A stretch of DNA of 55,020 bases, the filler included, from Circinaria calcarea (lineage: Eukaryota): the NCBI GenBank assembly GCA_051942165.1. It is 5 parts of 5 records of this genome, joined end to end, with 100 filler letters (N's around TTAATTAATTAA, not from the genome) between each part and the next. Parts side by side here need not be neighbours in the genome. Positions count along the whole stretch, not along the records: positions 11,036 to 21,968 come from JAVECS010000740.1; positions 22,069 to 32,996 come from JAVECS010000741.1; 3 more parts are not named here. One strand, given 5' to 3'. The notes beneath the pieces were generated by a model. That model saw only the letters and a list, made by a program, of their open reading frames with translations, was not told the DNA's origin and made no database searches. Below are positions 13,275 through 26,300 of this stretch, piece by piece. Positions within the stretch are counted from its first letter, which is position 1. Each line of letters begins with the position of its first letter. The translations under genes were made by a program, and so were the position numbers.

Positions 13275-14122
13275 ATGGGGAGTGCAGGAGAGAGAGATGA
13301 TACCAAGTAAGTTAAACCCAGTGCTGCCTTTTACCCCTACAAGTCCTTCAAATGCTTGTGGCCGCGGCTGTAGGCAACATTCGGTACAACACTAAATGCC
13401 CGAAAAGCTGATTATTATCGTATAGCCGTTTTAAATCAAGAATCTTTACCGTTACGGTCGGGACAAACAACCAGACTTTTAATGTCCACGAATCAGTTCT
13501 TTCAAAGTCTCCAGTACTGGCCCGCATGTGCAGTGGTGGCTTTCAAGAGAGCGTAAGCTGTGCAATTCAGTTACCAGAGGACCAGCCTGAAATATTTGGC
13601 TATGTCCTCGAGTTTCTCTATATGCGCAGCGATGGCCTATTCATGGAAGGATATGATGGATCCGAGCTAGCCAAGGAGCTAGCAGACATCTACGTAATGG
13701 CAGAGAAGTATCAAATCGACAGCCTCAAACAAACAGTGATAGAGATGCTAAGCTCTATTCCTGAGCTTCAGCAAAAGCCGATACTGTTCTTCAGACTTGC
13801 CCGAAAGATTTATCAATGGTTGCCGGACTCCGATCTTAATTTCCGCCGGTTTTACCGTCAACACGCTGCTTCCACGCTACGCATGATAGACCAGGATGGC
13901 CTAGACTATGTACGAGCGATGGTCAACGAGGGTGGGACTCTCGCTACGGATACCTTTGACGTCCAGCGCGCCGTATTTGACGTAGAAAAAAAGGAGAGCT
14001 CCGCCACCAAAGCAACCTTAGAGTCTGAGCGCAAAGCTGTAGAGCTGGAGCGCAAGACCTGGAAGGAAGAAAAGGACACGTTGGTGAAACTTGTGGATAA
14101 ATTCGTCCGTTCAAGCAAGTGA
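13275..14122 (+). CDS. BTB/POZ-domain protein, array copy 1
   Basis: Exons 13275-13306 and 13426-14122; RFKSRIFTVTVG...VHESVLSKSPVLARMC...FQES...LPEDQPEIF...LEFLY...IYVMAEKYQI; coiled-coil-like tail. Confidence 0.88.
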
Positions 14123-15594
14123 GACTTGGACCGCAGAAAAGCAGGGCTCGAATGAGTTGGCTCCAAAGTGTGCGACAATAATATTCCTATTTGGTATTTC
14201 TAATCTACCTCCGCTCATACAATGTATTCTGACTTACGAGACATCTAAAAGTAGCTATGGTATCTTTACGCAAATGGCCGACAACCTGGTATCACCCGGC
14301 CGCTACGATCCGAATGCTGGCGGAGTTTTTATTATATGCTGTACAATTAGGTTCAGAGCAAGGATACCGATAGAAGGTTTAGATTAAGCGGTTAGGCAGC
14401 CTGTGTTAGAACTTCGGAGTGGCAATTGGGAAGTAGTGGTCAGAGTAGAGGAGAGCCAAAGTGGTGATGAGTCAATCTATTTCCTTTAATCCTTGTGAAT
14501 TTTCTCATGTTGCTTATTCGTGACCCTCCGGCTATTCTAACCATGGAACACCCGACTAACTTTGACTAGAGCTCTCCTATGGTTATCCAAATGTATAATG
14601 TACTCGGTGGATATAATGTTGAAAATAGTCACAATAGTCTAAATCGGAATGACTCCGGTAGACGAACGATTTCACTTGACATACCCTCGTTTTAGTACAA
14701 CACTAACCGTTTGGCCCTCGGCTATCATTATCCAATATACAGCAATGTTAGACTCGACTGATACTTTTCTACCCCGAGACCTAATTATACCTACCTCGAT
14801 ACATTTTCTGAGCCTAGGAAACCTCATCCGTTCAACCATTCTACTCTGCATCTATATAAGTAATAGGTACGTCTATGGAGCTTCGCTTCGTGGAAAGTCT
14901 CCACCTGAGGAACCGTCAAATCATAATTCTGTAATGGAAGATCTTCCTCTGTAGTCAAGTCAATTGATTCTAATGCTCGCACAAGCTTCTAACCAAATAA
15001 ATAGGATGTCTGGTAACAGCTCGTGCATCTTGGTGGTCAGAAGCCAGAAAGTCAACTTTGTAGTAGGGCTACCTCAACTCTTAACGCAGATGCATCCGAT
15101 TTCCCCAAGCTCGTGCAAAGGATATATGCCAATACTGATCGGGATACAAACCAAATCCTACACAGCTTTCTCGTGATTGGGGTATTCTAGGAAATGCATG
15201 ATCTTAGGAGTAAAGGCAGAACCAGAGATGTCGCAAGTTACTCAGTCTAGGAAGAGGATTTGCCGTGGCCATATTCAGGACCCAATACAGAAACACTCGA
15301 TCCAAACGCTTCGAGAGATTGCCTTGTGCAATAAGAATTTATCAGAAAGACTTGGAGAGCGCATTGTTCGAGGTCACTACGACTCACAAGGACTTCAGAT
15401 CGCAAGAATGCAAAGCGATTAAGGCAATTTGGCTGCACAAACTACGGACGCCCAGATTATCTTTCAGATCAGAAGCAGAACATTTAAGGTTAACACAGTT
15501 CACACAACTTTCACTTGCTTGCTAACGCTGATGATCATCTACTATTACCTACGTATTTAACCCGATCCCTCAAACTCATCAAGACCCACAACCC

Positions 15595-16548
15595 ATGGCA
15601 GATTCCACAGGACATACAGACATCAACGACCAGAAGGAAATGTCAATGCAGGAGCCGACAAAGCTCTCATCTGGGGGGAACTCCTCTCAACAGCCTCTCA
15701 ACACGGTGAGGTTGTTTCTAATACCTATTACAAGTAAATCTTCGAACAATCTACGTAACTAGAGTGGTTGGGATCGACTGACCAGTTTACAGTCCATTTA
15801 ATTTCACAATTTTCACACTGCTTGTGGGAGAAGCCAAAGCCAGCTTCTCCGCTCATGCAGACATTTCGTCCGAGTCACCAGTCCTCGCGCGAATTTGCAG
15901 TGTGCCTTTCGCAGAAAACCTTCATGGAGTAATCCATCTTCCAGGCGACCTCGCTGTGGACATTAGACGACTGCTTGAGTATCTCTACTCCGGAACCTAC
16001 AGTGCCAAGGTGGACAATAATCCACAGAGCAGAGACCCGGAAATACTTCTTGAGCTGGCTCACATGTACATTTTGGCGGACAATACCAACTCAATCATTT
16101 CAAGGTGATCACGGTGGTGAAGACTATTGATATCATGGTGATATCGTCCCTTCCGAAGACATTTCTTCAGATAGCGCATGACATATACAAGAACACACCA
16201 GAGACGGACCGCACCTTCAGAAGGTTCTTCGCCGCCACCTTTCCGGTAATAGTCAGGAGGGTCAGTGAAGCAAGCAGCACATATCTCAAAGAGCTAGTTC
16301 ATGACGGGGGTATGCTAGAAAGTGATATCTGTACTGCCCAGATCAAGGCCTTTGACTAGAACGAAGCCACATTGGTGGCATGCCAAGTGGAGGTTGAGAA
16401 ATGGAAGGTCAAATATGGAGATGCAGAGGAGGGCAAGGCGATGACCGCCAACACGGCCAGAGCGATGCATGCGGGCAACCACGTTCGGTGTCAGCGCTGT
16501 ACTTTTCCAGTGCAATACCACAACCCTTGCCTTGAGCGGCAAATCTAA
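15595..16548 (+). pseudogene. BTB/POZ pseudogene, array copy 2
   Basis: BTB motifs (FTLLVG, SPVLARIC, LLEYLY); 1-nt deletion in ADKYQL at ~16080; in-frame TAG at 16357-16359 with the frame continuing to HAGNHVRCQRCTFP; exon 1 phase also mismatched. Confidence 0.85.
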
Positions 16549-17376
16549 CATTAGACAACTCAAGTAGTCCGCTTTGCTCGCTTTCCACTCGGGCTTCAAC
16601 TGTTACAGGTACGGAACCTGATCTGGACCCTATACGACGCATGAGACATCTTTCTAATCAGAACGGCATATCAGTCAGGAGTGTTAAATCTGGTCGCAGA
16701 CCTGCTCTCCGCTTGAATATTGAGATTGAGAAATGGCAGGGATGGACGCCGCCACCAGGCGAGCGTTGTATCTCTTTGAGCAAATTCTTTCATATTTTTC
16801 AAAACCCGGTACATTGTCGAACCGTCTTCTATCCGCACTAGTCGAGAAAGATCGATCGTCTATAGAAATTATAATCGTCTAAGCTGGATTCGGTATCTTA
16901 GAGTGCCCACAGCTACTTAGATCATGGCTTTCCTACTCCTGATATCGAATTAAGGAGAACGTATGCTAAAGTAAATTACTAACGTGGAGCACAACACCCC
17001 CGCTAGGTACGATCATCCATCTTCTTTCTTACACTTTGACCCTTCTAAAGCACGAGCCATCTCGCTGACCACTGGGATGAATGAATATTCATAGACGAGC
17101 AACGAGAGTAAGGTCCTTCACTCCAGTTTCAACACCAGCATCTCAAAACTCCCGTCAGCTAGTCTTGAGTTCTGGAATCACGCATCCATACCTGCAAGGC
17201 CGTCGGTGATACAACAATCCTCGATCCTAGGAGCGGTCGTGAAATCTAGACTCGTCCTCGAACACCATCAAGGGCACCTAGCTGTATACGCTAGGAACCC
17301 TGAACCGGAAGTCTCACTGCACATCCTTTTGGCTTCCCACCTAGCAGTTTCAGAGTATCCACTCAATTCTGACACG

Positions 17377-18445
17377 ATGGTTGGAAATGTAGTAGCTGGT
17401 AAGGAGGGCCCTAAGAGCAAAGAACCTGAGGGAGGACAAGCTGTTCCAACTACTTTTGGCAGGTAAAGATTCTACGTGACTTCCTCTTTTCGATCTACCT
17501 AACCACACATCTAGGCGTTTTGACTCAGAAATCTTCACGATCATCGTTGGAGATACAAAATCACGCTTCATGGCTCATGTCAGCGTCTTATCTCAATCTC
17601 CAGTCCTTGCATGTATGTGCAGTGGACCTTTCCAAGAGAGCTTGAGCAAGCTTATCAGTCTACCCGACGATGACGCCGCAAACTTTGGACTACTACTGGA
17701 ATTTCTCTACCAAGATAATCTTCCAGATTTGATAATCTCAGGGTCCAATGCGTATATCGAAACGCTCGCAGATATCTACATACTAGCGGACAAATACCAG
17801 CTACAAACTCTCAAGGAGGCCGTCATCTGGCAACTGCGCTCCTGGGATGGTCTCTACAATACTCCAATGGACTTCTTCAGAATGGCACACAGGATCTACC
17901 ATGATATCTCCCATTCGGTGTCTGACAAGAGTCTGCATGATTACTTCCACAAGCAAGCGAGACTTAAATTGCCTCTGCTGACTTCCTATGGAGTCGGCTA
18001 TTTAGAAGAGCTTCTAGATCATGGAGGAAGATTTGCTACGGATGTATTTAAAATACAACATGATTTGATGATAGATGTCAAGACTGTCAGAGACCAACTA
18101 GAGAAGAAACTCACACAAATTTGCCATGACGAGGAAATAGCGGCGGAACGCTATAGATTGCTGAGCGAACGTCTAGGGAATGCAGAGAAACAACATGCTC
18201 TAAGTTTGGAGGACATGCAAGGCCAGTTGGCAAAGACTCAAAAACACTTGGGAGCTGCGAGAGACAAATCTAATAAATTGTGTACTAAGTACGCGATAGC
18301 TAAAATAGACCACACGAACAACCATGATCCATGTGCTTCTTGCCGTTATCCTGAAGGTGGGTCTTTTCACTTTTCTGTCCTTTACCGGTTCAGACATTTA
18401 TCAGCTGACACATATTCAAGGCACATAGTGACTGATTATGGTTAG
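17377..18445 (+). CDS. BTB/POZ - coiled coil - HxxxHxxCxxC protein, array copy 3 (intact)
   Basis: Exons 17377-17462 and 17515 onward; RFDSEIFTIIVG...SPVLACMC...IYILADKYQL; tail HTNNHDPCASCRYP. A last intron after ~18356 is possible. Confidence 0.88.
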
Positions 18446-19116
18446 CTGTCAACAGACTGTATCCGTTAGAGAATTGGAATTACTTGGATTATTTAACCAG
18501 ATTGTGAACTGTCAGCACCACACTCTGACTGATCTATTCAATCTACACTGCTGATACAGTTGTTGAAGGTCGTGGATGTGTTCAAAAGGCGAGGTACTCC
18601 TTTCTTAGCACCTGCCTTATGCAATAGTTTCTTCAGGAGCTTTGACCACCCGCAAAATCATAAAATTGTTGTGCGGTGTGTCTGTGAAAATGCTGCAATT
18701 GCCGTGAACCTATTCATCGTACTCTCCGAGATTTCAATTTTGAAATTCAAGTAACACTTAAATCTAGAGTAGTAATATCCTCGTGACCATGTATGCCCTA
18801 CGGCTATACCTCATTGGGTATTAATCATTTGTCGCCACATACAACACGCAAGCGAGGAATTAGTCATAGGCCACAAACGACCCAGGCGTATAAGTTAATT
18901 CATCACCGCATAAAGTGTGGAGATCAGCATTCAATCTCTCCAAACACTACAGCAAAGACATTCTCCATCAAGTTCTAAGATCCTGAGTCTCATCTTACTC
19001 ATCTACCTTGAGTCTTCATCCAGCATCGAGTACCTACAGTCTCAATTAACCATCGTACGGCCTTGGTCATTCTAGCCGCCTTGAGCGGATCCGTCAGTTC
19101 CGAGAACAAGTCTGAG

Positions 19117-20147
19117 ATGGATACTACCAAGTACTCCAGAATGGAAGAAGTAGCTATACCTTCGGTTGAAACGTCGTCGTGCGTCAAGTTTCTAGTCGAC
19201 TCTGACCAGATGGGCTCGTAAGTCTCCCGATTAACGTCAAGCTACCCACGGGTGTACCTTTAACGCTTGGCAACAGGCGGTTCGCCTCAAAGGTGTTTAC
19301 TATTACGGTTGGAGACTCCAACTCGACATTCTCGGCTCATGCCAATATCTTATCCAAATCACCTGTGCTGGCTCGAATGTGCCAAGCCCCCTTTCAGGAG
19401 AGCCTTACTGGTCACATCGACCTCCCTGATGACAGCGCCGAGGACTTTGGATTTCTGCTGGAGTACCTGTACATTGAAAATCTGGCGGTCCCCCTTTTCG
19501 ACACCGAGGAAGCTGAAATTGCGTTTGCGAATAAACTCGCCGACATTTATATCATCGCCGATAAGTACCAAGTCATCTCCCTCAAGTTTCGCATCGTCAA
19601 GGAGTTCATCTCCATCACTCCTTTCTCCGATAATCCGTCGGCTTTTTTCCAGATGGCCCATCGAATGTACCATGACACGTCCGGTTCGAAATCCAATAGT
19701 CCGTTCCGCGATTATTTCGAGTACCGTGCCGCGCTCGTGATGCGTTACATGAATGATGACGTCCTCAAAGTTCTGGACGGCCTCCTCGAGGACGGAGGCA
19801 AGTTTGCGGTGGATATCGCCAAAGCCATGCGCCGTGAGCTCGACTACGAAGTGTGCGAGAGACTCAAGGACTAGCATACGCTTGCGGAAACTGAATCAAC
19901 GTTGATCGCTGTGACCTCCACCATGGAGGCGGTCAAAGAGGACCTAGCAGCCGCGGATGAACGAGAAAAGGTGGCGGCAAGAACCGGCAGGGACGTGAAA
20001 GTGCAGTTGCGATACCAGCAAGATAAATTTAATAAATCCAGAATCCAGCATGGGCACCACCATCCTTCTTGCACCTTGTGCACATTCTCGGATTCGGTGA
20101 GTCTGTATGATACGACGGAATCTGCAATGGAGAGGCGACGGTACTGA
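19117..20147 (+). CDS. BTB/POZ - coiled coil - HxxxHxxCxxC protein, array copy 4, with one in-frame TAG at 19872-19874
   Basis: Exons 19117-19217 and 19277 onward; ORFs 19293-19874 and 19902-20147 share a frame; tail HGHHHPSCTLCTFS. Confidence 0.85.
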
Positions 20148-21420
20148 TTCCCTGGTCTAGCAATACACCCCCAGGCCATAATCATAGGATCGTGCTTAGG
20201 AGACATTAGGGCCCAGCCAGTGTCACTTCCTTCAGCTACCAATTCACTTTCACAACATCTCACGCTACCACTCCATTTACCCTACCCCAGATAGCACAAC
20301 CGTTCGAGCAATCGATGTAGTCACATTTTCCCAAGACCGGTCGGCTAGAGCAGCACTGGTCGATGGCGCAATGGACAGGATTGTGTAAGCTGAATAGTCC
20401 GAGAGCTGCAGGTACGGGTGATGGGGGCCTAAGGCTTTTATCATAGGCAGCATGGACCATCTGTAATCGGCTAAGGGAAGCCCACCGTACCCAACCTCGA
20501 GAGATTAGTTGAAGTCCGGAGGTACTGCTGTGTTGAGAGTTTCGGATACATACAGCGGCTGAAAAGGTTTACTCCCACATATTCGTACCTCTTCTTCTTT
20601 ATTCTTCCCGGCTTTTTCAAATCCCCCCCTCACTCGAGTAACAGCTGCAAGTCATACTAAGCACTCACCCAGCACAGCCATAGAAGCTGGACTTTGAAAA
20701 ACCCGGTAATGCCAATCTTGAATCCCTCCTTTCACCCCCTACTCTCACCCCCAATCGCCCTTTGTCCAAATTCTGACCGCGTTGATTCTTGACCGTCGTG
20801 GAAAGGTATGCTTTATGGGATTCCTCTCTTCATGTCTTTGCGTAAATGTTGGATTACCTTCCAAATCTAGAAGGTCACAATCCACGCCTCACCGCTCATG
20901 GAGAACACCTAATAAAGTCCTAGGTCGAGGCCATGACCTCCGGTCAACTCTATGATAAGTCGAGTTTCTTGCGAGACAGTAAGAACAGTAGGCTTGGTTT
21001 TGCACATCAATGAATAGTTTACTCGTGAAACTATAGGTATGTACAAACCCCGAGAGGTAAGAAAAGAATATATCCATCTAAAGCAAGATTGAAACAGACT
21101 AGACAAGATGTTCATCGGAGCATGTTGTTCCTTTCGATTAATGCGCTTGAATATATTCAGGCACACATCTTAAGACTTTCTAATCTCTTGCCGTCAAGCT
21201 GACAGATATTACATAAGGATTGCGATGCGGGTTGATGTTACAAAGAACAAAATATGTAGGAAATATGTAACATTTACCGCACCCACCCCGCCCGAACAGT
21301 GTAGTTCCTTATCGCGCCGTATACTCCGATGCCGTATATGCAACATATCATACAGCCTTGTCGTAAAGTTGAATAGGCGGACGACAAGGATCAAGAAAAC
21401 ACCGTCGAATGCAAAGATAA

Positions 21421-21968
21421 TTACTTGTTCAGCCATTCCCCGGTTTTGAACCAACTAGGTCGACAGTCCTCCTTTAAGAGAAATCTCTCACCATCTGTGA
21501 ATTCCCCTTTCTTGCAGCCTGAGCATTTAGGCGAGTTGGGACAGTTGAAGTAGGGAATGTGTTGATAGCCAATATCACGAAACCTGGAGGCGTATCAAAA
21601 ATGTCAGCCCAGAGCCATGTGGTGTAGTGTTAAGGACTACTCACCAGTGAATCTTGCTTTTATCCTCAAACAAACCCAATGCAATTGAATGCACCGGCGC
21701 ATCTCCCCATCTCTCATAGAAGAATCCTCCTGCGCGGTCTAGATGGTTAAAATATTCCTCATAAACGGGGCTGCGCCAGAAGTCTAGGTCCGCAATTTCG
21801 AAGTTACTCCAGAAATGACAAGTTGAATACCCATTCGCCTTCCGATTATGTTCTGGTCTACTCGCGCTATCTGTTAACCAATCCATCGCGTTATTCTTGT
21901 GCAAATACTCGGGGTGTGCCGCCATGAATTTCAACGTCTCCGGCCATAGTGTTGGAATGGATTGGGGC
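21421..21968 (-). CDS. GT15 (Kre2/Ktr family) alpha-1,2-mannosyltransferase, 3' part
   Basis: YSTCHFWSNFEI, GGFFYERWGDAPVHSI, then after an intron WFRDIGYQH...EWLNK*; 5' end cut by the contig edge. Confidence 0.93.
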
Positions 21969-22068
21969 NNNNNNNNNNNNNNNNNNNNNNNNNNNNNNNN
22001 NNNNNNNNNNNNTTAATTAATTAANNNNNNNNNNNNNNNNNNNNNNNNNNNNNNNNNNNNNNNNNNNN
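21969..22068. other. Artificial contig linker
   Basis: N44-TTAATTAATTAA-N44. Confidence 0.98.
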
Positions 22069-22347
22069 TTTGAGAGTAGTGAGAGCAGGGAGGCAGTCAA
22101 TGCGGTAACCTGGGGCGCGTTTCCGGGCAAGGAAATCGTCACTCCAACCATTGTAGAGGAAGTTAGTTTCCGAGCCTGGGGAGAGGAGGCTTTTGGGATA
22201 TGGGCGGAGTGGGAGAGGTGCTATTTCGGAAACAGTGCTTCGAGTAATCTTCTGAGAGAGGTGAGAAAAGACACTTGGTTGGTCAATGTCATTTGTCATG
22301 ACTACAGGGAGCCCGGTACCTTATGGCAGATTCTGTTGGAAAGTTAA
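22069..22347 (+). CDS. MET12: Methylenetetrahydrofolate reductase C-terminus (Met12-type), partial
   Basis: Not in the ORF track; hand translation gives NAVTWGAFPGKEIVTPTIVEEVSFRAWGEEAF...WLVNVICHDY...LLES*. Confidence 0.85.
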   Translation, partial: FESSESREAVNAVTWGAFPGKEIVTPTIVEEVSFRAWGEEAFGIWAEWERCYFGNSASSNLLREVRKDTWLVNVICHDYREPGTLWQILLES

Positions 22348-23336
22348 AGGGCGGATTCTTACTATTCCTGCGGATTTAGCGTGGCGTTCAGGTGAGTGCA
22401 AGCATTTTCATGGCGATACCATAGCTTTAGAGTCAACGACATTAACGTGTATGGACGAAATGCGGCGCACGTTAGCTGTCCGTCTAAGCAGCCACGAAAA
22501 ACCGTAGAGCATGAGAAGTAAACGGTTTTGGTAACTGCTATAGAAGCTGGTTCCCTTTTCCAATCATTGTAAAACCGGCGACTTATGTCAGCTTGAGGTC
22601 GAAGCACCGAGAACATCCCAGTCAGTTTAGTAGTATTTAACAGCTTGCTGAACAGATAAACTCTAGCTTAGGTAACAAAGCATTTCGCTTCTCATTCGTA
22701 CTGCCAAAGTAGTTGGAGGATCGAAAAGGCCCATGAAACCAGGCCAGCTCCGGAGGTAAAGCTAACTTCTACACTAAGAGTGTAGACATAGATATCTAGA
22801 CAAGGAAGAGGAATAGAACAATAACTGTTCTACTATATCTTATAATCTGATAGGTAATAGGCACTCGCGGGCTGACCACGCCCTTCAGGGTTGGTTATCT
22901 GAGGAGAGACAACCGCTCCGCTGCGGGAGAGCAGCTGGTAGCTCCGGCTGTAAACCCCTGCGAAACATGCTAAGCGAGGAAGCTAGACAGCGGACCATTG
23001 TTTACCCAAAGATTGTGACCAGCAGCAAAAACAACAATCCCTTTGTATCGGTTGTAACTGTACTGGATAACATACGGCGGTGCCTGTTGCTGTCAGAGGT
23101 CAAAACTTCACACTCGCTTCATATCACATTCGTTTTCTGCTTATACAGAGTTCTTCGCGCTCTACGGAGTACACCATTCTCTTTGCGCGACAAACGGGGC
23201 ATTTCGCATTTGCACTGCAACTCGATACTGGCACAATCATCCAATTTATTCGTCCCAAGATCAATCTGGTCCAACCAGCGACCTTCGGTCCCACTACTCC
23301 CTCTGGAGGTAGCAATTTTCCACGGATTGATATAAC

Positions 23337-26300
23337 ATGGCAACTACGACGCCCAATCTACCTACCCGATTTCCATGCTGGTGCAGGGCGATATACTCAT
23401 GGGGAGGAGAAACCAAGAAAGACTTAGGATTCGTGGAAGGCGATCTCATTGAATGTCTCAATGCTGGCGATGGCTCATGGTGGATGGGTCGCCTGCGTCG
23501 CGACAAGCGCGCGATGGGACTTTTCCCATCGAATTTTGTGCAAGTCCTGGAGAGTAACTTTGTTCCTGTGAGCAGGGCTACTAGTCCAATGCCAGGACAA
23601 GGTGCAAATGGGAATTCCATACGTTCTGCAAGCCCAAATCCCCAGGCCAAGAAGAGCAAGACTCCTAGGCCATTTCAATCATACGGTAAAGGGCCATCGC
23701 CAGGTCCAACGATAAAGTCTCAAGGGGTAGAAGTAAGAGCGGCGGCGCCGTCGCCAAGTCCAATTAGAGGTCCTGGATACTCTCAACAGTTTCCACAGCC
23801 CTCTACCTTCGAGGGCAACTCTCCTTATAGTTCTCGAGCGCCCTCGCCAGCTCCCCCTGTCCACCGATACACTCCATCACGAGGCCCTTCTCCTAGCCCC
23901 TATGAGGACTTTGGCTCTCCTCCGCCTCCTGCACCACCACCACACAGAGTCGCCTACCATGCTCCTGCTCCCAGAGCGACCCCGTCTCCAACTCCGTCCA
24001 TGAACGATCGATACCCAACTTTTTCAAGAGCACAATCTCCGATACCCCCTTCTCCTGGCGTCCATGGGCATACACCTTCTCCTCTACGTGATGCAATGGA
24101 TGATGTCATGTCTTCCTTACACGATATGGCACTGCATCGCAACGCCCCATCACCCTCTCCAGAGAGATCTCTGTCACCCATCGACCCTTGGTCTCCAGAA
24201 GCCTTTGAGGAGCTCAGGACAAACCCAAGGAGAAGAAATAACGAAAGACCTAGAACTTCAATGGGCGTAGCTGAGCCGCATGGTAATGGATATCACACCG
24301 ATAGTGGTTATGAGAGCCAACCCGGTTCTGCCTTTTACAGCGAAGAGGAGAAACCGAATCTAAGTACCTATGTCTCGCGAATGGAAAGCCACCTACAAAA
24401 TGTACCTCACAATCCAGAGCCAGGAATCGGTTGTTTCGTGACCGGAAACGACATGGGTCCACCGCCTGCTCCGCCACGCAAAAATTCGCCCTTTGAGCCG
24501 AGCAGTTTCTCATCTCTCAGCAAACGAAGTAGCAAACCCGAGAGGGCTGACTCAGACCGCAGATTGAGAAATCGCAAATCTGCGTATGAGCTTGGAAGAG
24601 AAATGATAGGTCGAACGTTTACGACAAAGTCAACTGCTACGAATTCCTCGAGTGGAGTCCAGAGTACTACCACTAATAGTTCCGGAAGTACTCAAATGAC
24701 AAGCCAAAGTCTCATGAGTGGGTATTCTGCTGGTGGCTTCAGTGCTACAAGTGCCGGTAGCCTGGCCAGAAGGAAAGGTTGGGGTAGCATTAGCAGAGGG
24801 AAACCGTTTAACGGGAGAGGTGCTCAGGATGACATATTGGGCCAACTTAATGGTGGCTCAATGACAAGGCCGCAAACACCGCTCACGAGTATAAGTTATC
24901 ATTCCAGCCACAACTCTAGACCGGGGTCAGCTGTTCCAGTCGAGTGGGCAGGTAGTGTTGCAGATTCTGGTGGTATATTAGGAGGCTTGACAGCACCGAA
25001 GGCCAAGAAGAGTGGTTTCTTCAAGAAGCTTGTCGAATCGGCGAAGACAGGTGCTGCTAGTGCAAGAAGTAGTATTGCTGCAGGACAAGCGGAGTCCTCT
25101 CGTAGCCCGGTCAAGGGTCTACTTCCCAACGGAGTCAACGGTATTGCTGGCGGGAGCGCTGCAAGGAGCATGGGCCTGGGAGCTGGCGGCGGTGGTAGTG
25201 CTATAGACTGGGTTCAAGTTCGCCGAGACGTTAATCGATCCAACTCTCTAAGTCGGAACGAGAGGGTGGAAAGGGCAGAAAGGTGCCAGATGATGGACCA
25301 TCCTGTAATTCCTTCTGTCGATGCTTTACTTGAAGCAGCTGAAGGCGACGAAGGCCTTGATGGACTACCAATCTCAGAACCAACAAACTTCCAGGCAGCG
25401 AACCTCCAACTAGTCGACAAGAGTGCCCGATTTATTACCAGCGTCCCGCCACTAACAAATCCAACTAGCCTTACCCTAGGGTATGTTTGTCGGCCATATA
25501 GGAATGATGTGCAGAGGCTCCGAGCAATCTTTACCTGGGTTAGCGAGAAGGTGGCTTGGGAAGAAGATTACGAAGGGGAAGTTGATTCTCGACGGGTAAT
25601 TAACGCAAGAAGAGGTTGCGCAGAGGAAGTGGCTGTCCTCGTTGTGGAGATGTGTCTTGCAGTGGGCTTGCATGCCGAAGTGGTACGGGGGTATCTCAAG
25701 GGTCCTGGAGACATTATCGACGTGGACAGCATGCCAAGGCCAAACCACTGGTGGAATGCTGTTCTGGTAGATGGCGAATGGAGAATAATGGACTGTTCGC
25801 TGGCTAGCCCAACAAACCCAAAACGAAGTCTATACTCCAATGCTGGCTCTCAGGTTGCAGAAACATGGTGGTTCCTAGCTCGACCCATGGAGATTTGTTA
25901 TACACATATCCCACAACATCTAGAGCAACAGCATATTTGCCCTCCTATATCACCAGATATCCTTCTAGCTTTGCCTTGTGCTTGTCCGCCATATTTCAAG
26001 AACACCCTCCGCATCATAGACTTTGATACTAGTCTCCTACGCATCGAAGACCTTGAGCTCGTTCATATCCAGTTTACCGTCCCTCCAGATATCGAATGCT
26101 TTGCCGACGTCGAAGTCCGTGCCTACGCTCGAGATGCAGATGGTGATCTTTTCGAAAGCGGAGACACGGTGGCAAAACGTGCGCTTGCTCAGGCCGAGTG
26201 GATCAACGGTGAAAAGCGCTATACTGTCAAGGCGCTCCTCCCCGGCGACGAAGGTCACGGCATACTCAAAATTTACGCCGGTAAGCGAGGGCTCATGCAC

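Noticed and set aside
15177..15525. Possible fifth BTB relic (QKHSIQTLREIAL resembles DKYQLQTLKEAV)
   Set aside because: Match too short to support without a profile search.
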